A program made the translations under genes and the position numbers. Shown here in pieces: positions 1-10,436 of a stretch of 64,000 bases of DNA. Under the pieces are notes generated by a model. That model did no database searches and was not told the origin of the DNA. It was given only the letters and a program-made list of their open reading frames with translations. Location of the stretch: the IMG/VR virus record IMGVR_UViG_3300049988_000124, positions 128,001 to 192,000 of that record; one strand, 5' to 3'. Numbering within the stretch: the stretch's first letter is position 1; every line of letters begins with the position of its first letter. This DNA is from a virus. Taxonomy: Duplodnaviria > Caudoviricetes.

Positions 1-434
1 ATGTGATTGTTGACCTCGGAGAGGTTCTTGAAGTACGTCTCCTGGCTATCCTCAACCTTCTTCTCGAACGCTTCCCATGCTTTAAGGTCAGCCTTGGCTG
101 GTACCTTGTTCAGGACCGCGTTCAGATAGTTGATCGTGTGCGTGTGAAAGTTCTGGAAACTCACGAACTCGCTGCGAAGAGGAATCTTCTCACCGAACAA
201 CTTGCTAAGGAGACCCTCGATCGCCAGATGCATGCTGGTATCAGTGCCGATGTGTTCAACGATCTGCTCATGCTGATCCATGATGTTGAACGACTCGAGA
301 CCCAGTGAGTCGGGAGTAACGCGGTCGTAGTTTACGAATGCCACGAGCTGAGGCGACGGACCCATCTGCGTGGTGATCCGCTGATAGGCACGGCCCATGC
401 GGTAGCGCTGGTATAGTGAATTGAAGTCAGACAT
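1..434 (-). CDS. Putative head/inner-body protein, partial (runs off left edge); paralog of 476..1519
   Basis: Not in ORF track. Hand translation MSDFNSLYQRYRMGRAYQRITTQMGPSPQLVAFVNYDRVTPDSLGLESFNIMDQHE aligns with the next gene; GLE-S and AIE-G motifs. Confidence 0.75.
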   Translation of the reverse strand, partial: MSDFNSLYQRYRMGRAYQRITTQMGPSPQLVAFVNYDRVTPDSLGLESFNIMDQHEQIVEHIGTDTSMHLAIEGLLSKLFGEKIPLRSEFVSFQNFHTHTINYLNAVLNKVPAKADLKAWEAFEKKVEDSQETYFKNLSEVNNH

Positions 435-475
435 TGAGGGTACCTTCTACTTGTTTCTTGTCTGCTGACGGACTG

Positions 476-1519
476 TTACTTGTGATTGATCTCGTAGTGC
501 CGTGAGACATGAATCATCGACTTGTACAGCCAATGCTCAATCTTAATAATGAGAGCGACTGCGTCGCTGACACATTTACTGGCTTTGTTCATCGAGACAA
601 GAACGTGAGCCGGAACCATCTTCATCAGCGCTTCGTGCTGAGAGCGACGGTTCTGACGCGCCATTTCATTGGTTGCCGACCGTGCTGCATGCTCTACCCA
701 GTTACGATTCTTGTGATCGTCTCCTCCCCTGGAAAAGCTGGTGGCAACGTTCATGACGTCAGATTGGCGGCTGTACGAATCCCACCTCTGCTGATGTTGC
801 GAGGCTTTGATGAGCAGAAGAAGCTTGGCCATCTGGTCGCACGTATCAGTGACTCGGTCAGCGTAGGTGTGATACTTATCCTGCGAGACAGCGATTGCCT
901 TCAGTGTTCCTTTGAAGGTCGCAACATTCCACCCACCCTTGGCGAAGTCATCTTCCTTACCAAAGTCCTCGAATGCTGCGGCATTGCGCTCGGTATTGCG
1001 AATGTGGGCACCGAGCTGACTCGAGCCAGAGTTCTGGATGTGCGCTTTGTAGAATTTCTCCCACGCATCACCGTCCGTACCACCCGGGATCTTGGGAAGA
1101 ATGAAATCAAGCGTCTTGAACGCATCGTCGATGTAGCGAAGCGCTCGCTCTGCTTGACCCTTCGAGATCGTGTAGATGTTGCTGCTCTTCTCACTAAGAG
1201 GCTCACGCATCATGTCGGTGAGGTTGTCGGCACGGTTGAACGTGATCTTGTTCTTGAACCGCTCCGCCACTGACTTCAGGCGACCCATGAAGCTCTCGCA
1301 CGCCATGTTCATTGACGGGTCTGCGAGAATCTCAGCAACGATAGCTTCGTGCTGATCCATGATGTCGAATGATTCAAGACCGATTGACTCACCCGTCACC
1401 TTGTCGTAATTGACAAAAGCAACGAGATGATGCGAGGGTCCCAGCTGGGCGGTAATTGACAGGTAAGCCATACCCATCGCGTAACGATCAACTAGGGCAT
1501 CGGTAACTGGGTCACTCAT
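476..1519 (-). CDS. Putative head/inner-body protein with prohead-protease motifs
   Basis: SIGLE-S and MACE-S fit the phiKZ gp175 S/A/G-X-E consensus; tandem paralog downstream. Confidence 0.6.
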   Translation of the reverse strand: MSDPVTDALVDRYAMGMAYLSITAQLGPSHHLVAFVNYDKVTGESIGLESFDIMDQHEAIVAEILADPSMNMACESFMGRLKSVAERFKNKITFNRADNLTDMMREPLSEKSSNIYTISKGQAERALRYIDDAFKTLDFILPKIPGGTDGDAWEKFYKAHIQNSGSSQLGAHIRNTERNAAAFEDFGKEDDFAKGGWNVATFKGTLKAIAVSQDKYHTYADRVTDTCDQMAKLLLLIKASQHQQRWDSYSRQSDVMNVATSFSRGGDDHKNRNWVEHAARSATNEMARQNRRSQHEALMKMVPAHVLVSMNKASKCVSDAVALIIKIEHWLYKSMIHVSRHYEINHK

Positions 1520-1549
1520 GTGTTTGTCCTTTGGAGTGTTAAAAGATAA

Positions 1550-2554
1550 TTACAGAAACAGGATCATGGTGCTCTTGATGATCAAGACCGCACTGCAGCA
1601 GATCTCGTAGACGATCTTGGCAGCAAGGAGGGCTAGCTTCAAACAGAAGCCGTAGAAGGCAACCGTGAGACCGATGTAGGATGCGTGACCCAGGAACTTG
1701 GAGCGGGTGACAGCATGGACCATGACGGGTGCCTGCTTGGTGAACTTGCGACCAGCCTCGAACGCCTTGGGGATACCCTTGACCACGAAGTTAGCGGCCT
1801 GGCGTGCAAAGACGCCGATCGTGCTGAAGGCTGAACGAACAACCGTTGCACTACCATTACAGACTTCGTTCACGGTCGGACCTGACCAACCAAGCGAGCG
1901 AGCAGTGCCCACGACTTTGGTCGGAATAGTTACCGGCGTAATGGTAACACCAGCCCTCGCCGTTGCTGCTGCTTTGATTCCACTACCTGGAAAAGGAATA
2001 GCGGATAGCATGTCCTTGATCTTACCGAAGAACGCCATGAACACTTCGCGGCTAGCCATACCACCTGGCATGCGAGAGCCACAAAAGGCAAGTACGGCCA
2101 TCGCTGCTGTAATAGCGGCGAGCGCCATCATCACTGTCTTGAAGGGATGGGCTTTGATCTCTTCGCCAGCCTCGATGACCTTGTCCTTCATCGAAGCTTT
2201 TACATCCTCAATGATGTCGAGGAGTTTGTCACCCACGGGCTTGAAAATCTCGAGGAGGTGATTGCCGACGTTCTTGAGAACGTTGATAACCTTGGCGGAC
2301 CAAGCCGCACTCTTCTCAGATGCTTCGTTAGTCAAAGCTTCAATAGCGAGATTGTCCTGGGCAATGTGGCCAGACATCGACTCAGTGGCAATCGCCATGA
2401 ACGATACCTGACTAAGAAGACCCGTTGCCTTCAGTACACTCAAAGTAGCAGGGGTGACCCCTTGCTGATCAATCGCGTGAATTGATTGAATAGTCTGCTC
2501 CAGCTTATCATGAGCCTGAAGCAGCATGTCGGTTTCTGCCGCCGTATAGGTCAT
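1550..2554 (-). CDS. Putative head/ejection protein, paralog of 55925..57052
   Basis: VLKATGLLS, IATE-S, EKSAAWSAKVI and KAHPFKTV blocks shared with 55925..57052; hydrophobic segments. Confidence 0.65.
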   Translation of the reverse strand: MTYTAAETDMLLQAHDKLEQTIQSIHAIDQQGVTPATLSVLKATGLLSQVSFMAIATESMSGHIAQDNLAIEALTNEASEKSAAWSAKVINVLKNVGNHLLEIFKPVGDKLLDIIEDVKASMKDKVIEAGEEIKAHPFKTVMMALAAITAAMAVLAFCGSRMPGGMASREVFMAFFGKIKDMLSAIPFPGSGIKAAATARAGVTITPVTIPTKVVGTARSLGWSGPTVNEVCNGSATVVRSAFSTIGVFARQAANFVVKGIPKAFEAGRKFTKQAPVMVHAVTRSKFLGHASYIGLTVAFYGFCLKLALLAAKIVYEICCSAVLIIKSTMILFL

Positions 2555-3315
2555 GACAGGGGAGTTCCTTCTGGTTCTTCGTGAAGGTGGGCGGGAAGAC
2601 CACGCAGGATGTTCTCGAAGGGCTGCGTCTCATCGACCTGCCACCGAAGAGCCGAGGTCATGCCCTGGTCACGGAAGTAGGAGCCGTTGATACGCGCAAT
2701 CGTCGAGGTGGGTGCCTGCGAGACACTGTTCAGTGCCACCATCTTGAATGGTTTGGTCTGATCAGTCAGACGGTACTGGATGGAGATCTTGTCACGGTCC
2801 CTGGACAAGTGAGCAATGATCCCCTCGAACACGGATGCGGACACACCGATACCCTGGCCAGTTAGCTCACGCGCATGAGCGAACAAGCGTAGCATGTCTT
2901 GGTACTGAAAGAAATAGGGTACCTTACCTTGCGTCACGAACTCAGACCAGAGAACGTAGACGATGTGTGGATCCTGAATAACCCGGTAGGACGTCATGAA
3001 CACATCACCTTCTTTCAGGTGCAACACCAGATACTCGATGTTGTTGTAGGTCATGCGTCCCATGTCGGAAGGGACGATCGTGAACGAGGCCAGGAGGTTC
3101 AAACCAACATGGTACTTGTTATCAAAGATCATGTCCATGACGCCGGGCGTCGTGACCGTGTCACCGATCGTCAAGGCATCATAGGCCTGGAACTTCAAGG
3201 GGATACGCAACTCCAGTGACTGACCAGTAAAGACCAGTGACTGGTTAGCCTCATCCTTCTTGAAGTAGGGTGTCGTAGTCGATAACGTTTGTAGTTTTTC
3301 TGGGTAGGGGCTCAT
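2551..3315 (-). CDS. Conserved jumbo-phage-type protein, possibly virion
   Basis: 254 aa in virion gene cluster; ATGA overlap with downstream gene; C-terminal ARINGSYF..GMTSAL resembles a remembered jumbo-phage motif. Confidence 0.5.
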   Translation of the reverse strand: MSPYPEKLQTLSTTTPYFKKDEANQSLVFTGQSLELRIPLKFQAYDALTIGDTVTTPGVMDMIFDNKYHVGLNLLASFTIVPSDMGRMTYNNIEYLVLHLKEGDVFMTSYRVIQDPHIVYVLWSEFVTQGKVPYFFQYQDMLRLFAHARELTGQGIGVSASVFEGIIAHLSRDRDKISIQYRLTDQTKPFKMVALNSVSQAPTSTIARINGSYFRDQGMTSALRWQVDETQPFENILRGLPAHLHEEPEGTPLS

Positions 3316-3550
3316 AGGACAAACCTTTGATAATCACTGATGGTATTTGATACTCATCAGGATAAGCGTAGCAGCTGACGTTAAATCCTTGATCCTCTAA
3401 CGATTCAATTAGATCATCGAGTGAGTCAAAGGACAGTGACCCTTCAACTTCGACGCAGAATCGGTGGATTTGATTTAACTCGACCATGTCGGCACGAATC
3501 TGTTTTGCTAGGTTGAAATCAACGACGTTGGAAGGCTGATCGTTTTCCAT
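3251..3550 (-). CDS. Hypothetical acidic protein
   Basis: 99 aa; AGGA upstream; same strand as cluster. Confidence 0.55.
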   Translation of the reverse strand: MENDQPSNVVDFNLAKQIRADMVELNQIHRFCVEVEGSLSFDSLDDLIESLEDQGFNVSCYAYPDEYQIPSVIIKGLSYEPLPRKTTNVIDYDTLLQEG

Positions 3551-3598
3551 GAACCAGTTTCCTGAACAAGTGTGTAAAACCGTAACAGTTATTCTTGG

Positions 3599-4870
3599 TT
3601 AAGCGCAGACGTAGTCGAAGAATTGAGCAGGCAGGTTAACACCCTGGCTGTGCTCGGTCACCAGTGCTGGGATGAACGAAGGATTGATGCTCTCGTCTTG
3701 GCGGTCAACGTCATAGTCCTGGTCAGACAAGAAGATCGACTTGCGATCAAAGGAATCAGACCAGATCAAGTAACTAGGACACAGACCACATCCGTAGTTC
3801 AGCATGCCCGACAATGGCCGCTTGGAAACTTCCTGGTAGAGCTTAGGCGTTCCGGTTGGAATCACGTCAGTTGCAACCGTGAACAGATTGGGATTGTTCA
3901 TGACCACGAGGAAGCTGTGATAATGGGCCAGGCGTGAGTGCTGGAATTCCTTGTTGGCCAGCGTTGCCACCGGCAGTGACGTCTTGTTCACGAACACCGC
4001 ATCATACGGGTCTGAATACTTCAGTGATGACTGCGATGCACCCACCCCGAAGCGGTCAGGCTTGTAGAGCGTGCGCGGGTTGTGGCGGAACTGCTGGATC
4101 AAGGGAAGCTTGTTCGTGTTGATCGAAACGTGGGTTGAATCCACGACGCCTAGAACCTGATGATCCCGGTGGTAGAAATATCCATCGATGACCGCGAAGA
4201 TTGACTTACCCAGAATAGAGGGAGTCGTGACCACCGCGCGCTTCTGATAGTCGGGCTTGGATACATTGGACTTGGTCATGGGAACGATCTTGTGACCACC
4301 CACAGCCTTGGTGTCAACGATCACGATGTCCTTGCGACCACTCAGACGAATGGTCCGAAAGCCGTCCATGACGTAGAGGACGTTTCCCAGGATCACGGTA
4401 CGGTGAAACACCCCGTTAATTGCGACCAGGTAATTGCTCATGTCCTCGTCAGACTTGATTGCTAGATCATCGAGCGTACCTTTGCGCTTGGGATCATTCT
4501 TTACATCGGGCGTATTAACCGAAGTAAAGTAGATCTCATAGTCCCCGTAAGCCAAGGGATTAAAGACCGAGAGCCTGCGGTCGTAGAGACCAGAGACGAG
4601 CTTTAGAGGAATGGTGTCGTTCTTGTAGCGAGCAACGAACAAGTCGGTGAGGAGCGAGTTCAACCCGGTACTAATCGGCTGGGTTAAATCAAGACCGGTG
4701 ACAGCGTTGAAGATTCGCCCCAGAGAAAGGCAGGAGAAGGTAAACACGTTCTTGCTGACCACAAGGTAGTGCTCGCCGTGAATAAAGGCTGAGAGGGGAC
4801 GGGTGAGGTCCTCTGACTCAATCAAGCGGTTGTTCTTGACCGTAACGGTCCGGGCAACAGTGTAGGGCAT
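3599..4870 (-). CDS. Putative virion structural protein (possibly phiKZ gp101-like)
   Basis: Likely ATG 4870 (MPYTVART); the longer track start overlaps a hairpin; size and context fit. Confidence 0.45.
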   Translation of the reverse strand: MPYTVARTVTVKNNRLIESEDLTRPLSAFIHGEHYLVVSKNVFTFSCLSLGRIFNAVTGLDLTQPISTGLNSLLTDLFVARYKNDTIPLKLVSGLYDRRLSVFNPLAYGDYEIYFTSVNTPDVKNDPKRKGTLDDLAIKSDEDMSNYLVAINGVFHRTVILGNVLYVMDGFRTIRLSGRKDIVIVDTKAVGGHKIVPMTKSNVSKPDYQKRAVVTTPSILGKSIFAVIDGYFYHRDHQVLGVVDSTHVSINTNKLPLIQQFRHNPRTLYKPDRFGVGASQSSLKYSDPYDAVFVNKTSLPVATLANKEFQHSRLAHYHSFLVVMNNPNLFTVATDVIPTGTPKLYQEVSKRPLSGMLNYGCGLCPSYLIWSDSFDRKSIFLSDQDYDVDRQDESINPSFIPALVTEHSQGVNLPAQFFDYVCA

Positions 4871-4920
4871 TAAAACCTCGCTAATAGAGGATTCTGAAAT
4901 CATAAAATTGAGACAAATCA

Positions 4921-4947
4921 GTGAGAGGGGCACATGGCCCCCCTCAC
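4921..4947 (-). terminator. Hairpin after gp26-like gene
   Basis: GTGAGAGGGGC-ACAT-GGCCCCCCTCAC imperfect inverted repeat just past stop at 4960. Confidence 0.55.
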
Positions 4948-4959
4948 CGACGGATATGG

Positions 4960-6654
4960 TTAGATAAATGTACCAACCTTGACATTGGTCGGGCAACCGT
5001 AGAGAACGTTCTTCACCGACGCATTGACGATGTTGAGGAACTCTACGATCACGACGGCATCCTTGTAGTTACCCGTCGTGTCACCGATGATGTTGAAGGC
5101 GTCCTTGTAGTTGGTCACCGGAATCGGTGCACTAACGAGCTGAGCGCCTGTCAAGACATCACGCACCACGAAGTGAGTCGGCACCTGCGGGAGGAGCGAG
5201 ACTTCCGGATCGTAGGGCGGGGTTGCTTGCGTATAAAACGAGTTCAGGAACGATGACAGATTCCCAAAGATCGAGCTCGGCACGAAATACTGCTTCTTGG
5301 CGGTATCGTAGTGCAGCGCAGGCCTGCGGGCTGTCGGAATGTCCTGCCCCAGAATGTAGGGCGAGCTGATTGCATCCTTGATCGTCCAGCGAACCAGACC
5401 ATTAGGAGCCCCGAACTGAATCACGATACCTTGCTGGTAGAGCGTGGTGACCGGATACGCAACAGGATCCACCGCGTTCATGTCAACGCCGATCGCGTAG
5501 ACCTGCTGTACCCCGAAGTAGGACGAGTCCGTCGTCAAGTTACCAACCGTGATCGTCACGAACGGCGTTACATCAATGTGGGTGCGACCATCGGCGAAGT
5601 AGAGCCAGTAGCGCATGATGTAGCGAGCAAGCGTTGAGTTATAGGTCGGGATGGGCAGGATCTTGTTGGTAACAGCAAAGTCATTGGGAATGACCGTCAC
5701 TGGTACATCGATTGAGATCATTGAACCCGTAGCATCACCCAGACCAGGGGCAATCGCTTCACTATCGGAGCGGTAGTATTTCACCGTCACGATCTGCTTC
5801 AGTCCAGCAAAAGCTGAGATGAAGTCGTCCTGACCATAAAGGATACACTTGGTACCATCAATGGTGGTAGCAGACGTGGAGCCATCATCGTAGACCACCG
5901 TGGCGGTCAAGCCGAGGGAGGCGAAGTCCTGCTTCTCGTAGACGAAGAAGGTACCATTGGCGAGCTGCTGGTGACCCGAGATCGTCATGCCGACGATGGT
6001 GGGCGCGTAGAGCACGTCCTCGTTGATGACCTGGGACTCAGTGGCAAAGAGAAGCGCTGAGAAGACCTCAGAACCATCCTCACTAAAGACCTTGACCTGG
6101 ACTTCCTCGTTGTGAGCGAGGGTAACGTTGACGTGACTGCGCGGCAGCCACCAGCTCGTGCGGCTACTATCGAGCGGGGCAAGCGGGATCATCTGGGAGA
6201 TGAGCATGCCCGTTGAGTCGTAATATTCCGAGATCACTGTAGCATCAGCGGTCCCAGGGTATCTGGTCAAGGTGTAGAAACGAGGAGACTTACCGATCAC
6301 GACGCACTTGGAGTCAGGGGTCACCGGGTAGGGCATACCCCTGCTATCCACGAACAAGCGAAGCGTGGTAGCACCGTAGTCCAGGATCGAGACAACGTTG
6401 TTGTTGTCTTTGGAGAACGTCACAGCCTCGTAGGTCGGGTAGAAGTTAACTTCATTCACCGAAGTGACCCGAAGGAGTGTTCCATCGGTGTCACTAACGA
6501 GTGAGTCCACAGCTGGAACGATCTTGGCACCGAGATAAGCGGCGTAGGTCGGATCATTCCACATCGGATCGTAGATCATGTTGCGTGCATAGACGCCCGG
6601 TGCCTGAGGCTTCAGGAGTGCCACCGGGGGCAGAATGGGATTGGGTGTTGTCAT
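4960..6654 (-). CDS. Virion structural protein, phiKZ gp26-like
   Basis: 564 aa, beta-rich; size and position match gp26 in the gp26-27-28 / sheath-tube block; TAATG overlap. Confidence 0.6.
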   Translation of the reverse strand: MTTPNPILPPVALLKPQAPGVYARNMIYDPMWNDPTYAAYLGAKIVPAVDSLVSDTDGTLLRVTSVNEVNFYPTYEAVTFSKDNNNVVSILDYGATTLRLFVDSRGMPYPVTPDSKCVVIGKSPRFYTLTRYPGTADATVISEYYDSTGMLISQMIPLAPLDSSRTSWWLPRSHVNVTLAHNEEVQVKVFSEDGSEVFSALLFATESQVINEDVLYAPTIVGMTISGHQQLANGTFFVYEKQDFASLGLTATVVYDDGSTSATTIDGTKCILYGQDDFISAFAGLKQIVTVKYYRSDSEAIAPGLGDATGSMISIDVPVTVIPNDFAVTNKILPIPTYNSTLARYIMRYWLYFADGRTHIDVTPFVTITVGNLTTDSSYFGVQQVYAIGVDMNAVDPVAYPVTTLYQQGIVIQFGAPNGLVRWTIKDAISSPYILGQDIPTARRPALHYDTAKKQYFVPSSIFGNLSSFLNSFYTQATPPYDPEVSLLPQVPTHFVVRDVLTGAQLVSAPIPVTNYKDAFNIIGDTTGNYKDAVVIVEFLNIVNASVKNVLYGCPTNVKVGTFI

Positions 6655-9281
6655 TATACCAGAACCTCACTAATGGCCAGCTGTGCAGGAAGAAGCGTCA
6701 GCGAGATAAGCCGTTGTACCAATACCATTTGCGTGGCATTTGCCCCGGTGAGATTGGCGTAATGCGCCGCCAGCGTCACGAAGCGACGATCAAGAAGCGG
6801 GTTAGCCCGACCCAAGATCACATCTCGCTCGAGAAGGAGCTTGTAACCATCTAACTGCTTCAAGAACGCATCATCCTTGGCCTCATCAATCAGAACCAGT
6901 GTTCCATCAGCCACGTCTCGCACGATTCGGGCAAGGTAGGGACTATAGAGCGTGTACTGATCCGTGATGGTCACGAGCGCTGGGTAGACAGGCTTGGTGA
7001 GACGCAGGACCCGCGTGATACGCGTCCGCAGATTCTCCTCACTCACCGGACTGATCGTTGACAAGATCTTACCAACACCGTAGGGAACCGTCCACTCTAG
7101 AAGATAGGGTGAGCCATCCTTCAGGTTAGTCTGGGAGATCAGCGTGGTTCCATTCTCGGTGACCTTCTCAACGAGCTTACCGCGCACGAAAGCGCGACCA
7201 CAAGACGCACTCCAGGCCATCGGGGGTAGATCCCGGTGAAGCTTGTTCTGGATGGCGTAGCCCTTGTCAATCGAGACCGGCTTATCACCGTGAACGAGAA
7301 CTTCTAGAACATTGCCGCTACCGGCAAGATCCAGATACTCCTGATTGCTCACCTGCAAGATCTGCTGGAGCACATCACCATTGTCGCCGAGCACTGGCGT
7401 ACAGCTGTAATCGATATCCTCGATCAAGCGGTAACCATTGGTGTAGATCTCGATGATCTCAGAGCCAACAAGTGGGATGACCTGATTGTTGATGTCCTTC
7501 ATCTCGAGCGGCAGCACGATTGGCTGCTTAGCCTGGATCATGGCATCGAGCTCTACTACTTGCGTAGTCAGACCACAGATCGGCACCAGGTAGAACGCAT
7601 TGTTGTAGTGCGAGGTACTCACCTTGAAGGTAGAGGTGCCATTGCTGTTCTGCGTCACTCGGTAGTCAGCGGGGCTTACTGGAATTGTCCGGTATCCCTT
7701 GGTAGTGCTTCCACCAACAATGGTCTTGGGCGTGTCGTAGGGAACGACCTTGACTAAGCGGTAGTCATCGTGGGGTACCGTGATCGTCGGAACACTAAGG
7801 GTCGGGTTATAGGGGATAGCAGCGTTGCTACCGTCCTCAGTGATGTAGACCCCGATGCGGGTACCATGAGCAATGAAGCTGCCTGCCTTAAAGCCGAGCT
7901 TGACGCCACCACCACAATCCGTCAGACCAACGAAGTGGTGCGGAACTTTCCGGCCATCAGCGTAGACGATAACCTGACACGGAAAGTCAATGAGCCGAGC
8001 AGGCTTCGAGATCGTGACCTCACCACCTTTGTAGGTGTAGTAATGCATCGTCTCAGCCAGCGTGGAGGCAACGTTGTAATAGCCCATGGCATCAGTGTAG
8101 CGCTTGGCCAGGTTGGTGTCACCCAGATGATCGAAGTGGTAGAGAAGATCCAGGAACGCGGACTTCTCGAGGAACGATGCCTTCCACTCAGTGATCTGAT
8201 TCGCTGACATCCCAACGAGCTGCCGCTTGATCTCGGCATCACTCAAGGTGTAGAGATCCTTGATGTGATTGGTCTCATCCTGGAGACGCTGCGGATCTGT
8301 TGGGAAGCGCACGTAGAGACGCGCACTAACGCCCGTAGACCCCAGTGAGTTCTGGAAGACCTGGAGGTTGTTGCGACCGACCGAGAAGTCATTGTGGGTG
8401 ATGGACTCAACCGCGTGATCATCGATCTGATGACCATAGACACCGCGCCCAGTTGCTGGATCAAAGACCACCAGGGTCAAGGTATCGTTGGTGATCGTGA
8501 CGTTGTTGGGGTTGAGGGCCTTGGGGATGTGAAGGACCTCGCGGTACTCCTTGTAGCGCTCGCTGTAATAGCCCGTCACATTGTCATCGATCGCAAGCTC
8601 ACAGTAACCAGCAATGTCCGGATCACACGTGATCTGAACGATGTTACCAGGAGTAAGCGTTGGGTAACGATCAGGCGTGTACGTCCAGCCGTTGATGAAC
8701 AGGATGGTTCCTGCTGGATATTGCGCTTTAGCAGCAGCGATAGCCGCTGCAACATTAGCCGGTGACTGTGCTCCAGTTCCCACGGTCATCAGCTGCGTCA
8801 CCGTCGGCGTCAACCGCGTGGTGTCGTAGTAGACCGTCATGTAGAGCTTGGGGTAGGACTCACCGATGCAACCCGAGGTGAGATTGCGATCGATCGCCAC
8901 CAAGACGGTACCGCGCAGTGGATCAAAGCGTAGCCACACACCCCCTTCGGGGATCTTGCGACCGGAGGATGCATAGGTGGAGATCTGGACGTGGTCCTCG
9001 GCAAGGACGCTACTGTCCTTCACCCACTCGTGTGAGGGAAGAGAGGTAAACCGACCAAAAGCGTGAACAGCTACCCGGTACACTGCATAGACCTTGTCGG
9101 TGGTGGGAAGACCCACCACCGAATGGCCAACAGGAATGGAACCAGTTTGAAGCCGCTCAGCCGCCTTTGCTAAAGGAAAGTTTGCCCGACCATGATCATT
9201 GGTAGCGTTCCACACCTGATGGAAGTAAACGCTACCCAGATGATTCATCATCGCGCGAGACAGGGCTGACGGTAGTCTCAT
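6654..9281 (-). CDS. Virion structural protein, phiKZ gp27-like
   Basis: 875 aa; synteny and size. Confidence 0.6.
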   Translation of the reverse strand: MRLPSALSRAMMNHLGSVYFHQVWNATNDHGRANFPLAKAAERLQTGSIPVGHSVVGLPTTDKVYAVYRVAVHAFGRFTSLPSHEWVKDSSVLAEDHVQISTYASSGRKIPEGGVWLRFDPLRGTVLVAIDRNLTSGCIGESYPKLYMTVYYDTTRLTPTVTQLMTVGTGAQSPANVAAAIAAAKAQYPAGTILFINGWTYTPDRYPTLTPGNIVQITCDPDIAGYCELAIDDNVTGYYSERYKEYREVLHIPKALNPNNVTITNDTLTLVVFDPATGRGVYGHQIDDHAVESITHNDFSVGRNNLQVFQNSLGSTGVSARLYVRFPTDPQRLQDETNHIKDLYTLSDAEIKRQLVGMSANQITEWKASFLEKSAFLDLLYHFDHLGDTNLAKRYTDAMGYYNVASTLAETMHYYTYKGGEVTISKPARLIDFPCQVIVYADGRKVPHHFVGLTDCGGGVKLGFKAGSFIAHGTRIGVYITEDGSNAAIPYNPTLSVPTITVPHDDYRLVKVVPYDTPKTIVGGSTTKGYRTIPVSPADYRVTQNSNGTSTFKVSTSHYNNAFYLVPICGLTTQVVELDAMIQAKQPIVLPLEMKDINNQVIPLVGSEIIEIYTNGYRLIEDIDYSCTPVLGDNGDVLQQILQVSNQEYLDLAGSGNVLEVLVHGDKPVSIDKGYAIQNKLHRDLPPMAWSASCGRAFVRGKLVEKVTENGTTLISQTNLKDGSPYLLEWTVPYGVGKILSTISPVSEENLRTRITRVLRLTKPVYPALVTITDQYTLYSPYLARIVRDVADGTLVLIDEAKDDAFLKQLDGYKLLLERDVILGRANPLLDRRFVTLAAHYANLTGANATQMVLVQRLISLTLLPAQLAISEVLV

Positions 9282-9328
9282 GTGCGGAATATCCCTGAGT
9301 TGGATTTTCTATAAACGAGTAACAGGAA

Positions 9329-10369
9329 TTAGATGTCAAAAAAACTAGGGGTCTTGACTACTTGACTGAGCACTTCCTTGCCTTCATTCAGAAGGTTCAA
9401 GTTCTTCATCGAGAAGGACAGACCAATACGCTCAGCGGAGAGGACCTGCATGATGAGGAACAAGAAGTAAGGCGGGTATTCCATGGCGATCGCCGCCACG
9501 GGCTTATCCGGCGTGATCGAGGCAAGCTTGGCATTCAGGACTGCTCGGCTGAGGCGAGCATTGTTCAGCTGATCATGGTCATAGGCGTCGATGACCTTGA
9601 AGACTTCCTCGAGCGTCTGGGGGACAGCCTTACCGAGAACGTCGTGCATCATGGCCAGAATCTGCTGGAGATCAGTACCCTGAGGCAGACCCAGCGGCTT
9701 GGCATGGGCTTTCATGAACGCCTCGGCGATGTCGATCGAGGTCATCTTGCCGATGTAGAAAGCACAGAAAATCGACTGCACAAATAGCTGAACATTGAGA
9801 GTCAGACCAAACAACTTGGCCAGATTCCCCCCTATGGTCATACTATAGACCTTGGCGACATAGCGTACAAGGGACGTGGATATCCAAGCGCTGCTTGTCG
9901 AGTTGTAGTAATGCCTCGACAAGAAATCCCGCACTACTCGGTTATAAAACCTCGATGCGTCGAGGAAGTCGCCGTTGGCTTTGGTGATATCCGTGATGTT
10001 GATGACCAGCTTGTCGTTCAGTTCGGGAATGAGCGATAATGTTCTGGTGGATGACGTTGTTGTCATCTCTTTCATTTGGAGGAGATCAATCGGGACGAAA
10101 GTTTGGTCTACCGCCTCGCGCAGCGCGACGGTTTTGCTGGGGAGCCGAAGGAGTGCAAACTCTTTGTCGACTCCCGACACATTGAGTCGGTATACGAGGT
10201 CACTTAACAACGAGTGACCGAAGAACCGTGTTTTGAATGCTTCGCTCGTTTTCTCGTGCGGAAGAATATAGGCTCGATTGTGGACGAGGAAATCCTCAAC
10301 ATCCTCAATCATCTTCGCGGGCATGAACGATGCTCCGCTGGGCGTTTGGTACACATTCTGTCGTCCCAT
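9329..10369 (-). CDS. Virion structural protein, phiKZ gp28-like
   Basis: 346 aa; divergent from the tail sheath as in phiKZ-like phages. Confidence 0.55.
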   Translation of the reverse strand: MGRQNVYQTPSGASFMPAKMIEDVEDFLVHNRAYILPHEKTSEAFKTRFFGHSLLSDLVYRLNVSGVDKEFALLRLPSKTVALREAVDQTFVPIDLLQMKEMTTTSSTRTLSLIPELNDKLVINITDITKANGDFLDASRFYNRVVRDFLSRHYYNSTSSAWISTSLVRYVAKVYSMTIGGNLAKLFGLTLNVQLFVQSIFCAFYIGKMTSIDIAEAFMKAHAKPLGLPQGTDLQQILAMMHDVLGKAVPQTLEEVFKVIDAYDHDQLNNARLSRAVLNAKLASITPDKPVAAIAMEYPPYFLFLIMQVLSAERIGLSFSMKNLNLLNEGKEVLSQVVKTPSFFDI

Positions 10370-10402
10370 GTTGGGAACCTCCTCACGGACGTTAAAAGTT
10401 CA

Positions 10403-10408
10403 GTCATA
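10403..10408 (-). promoter_or_regulatory. Late-type promoter motif TATGAC
   Basis: About 35 nt before gp28-like start; phiKZ late promoters have TATG at the TSS. Confidence 0.5.
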
Positions 10409-10436
10409 AGATTTGTTTAAACACGAAAGGACTACC

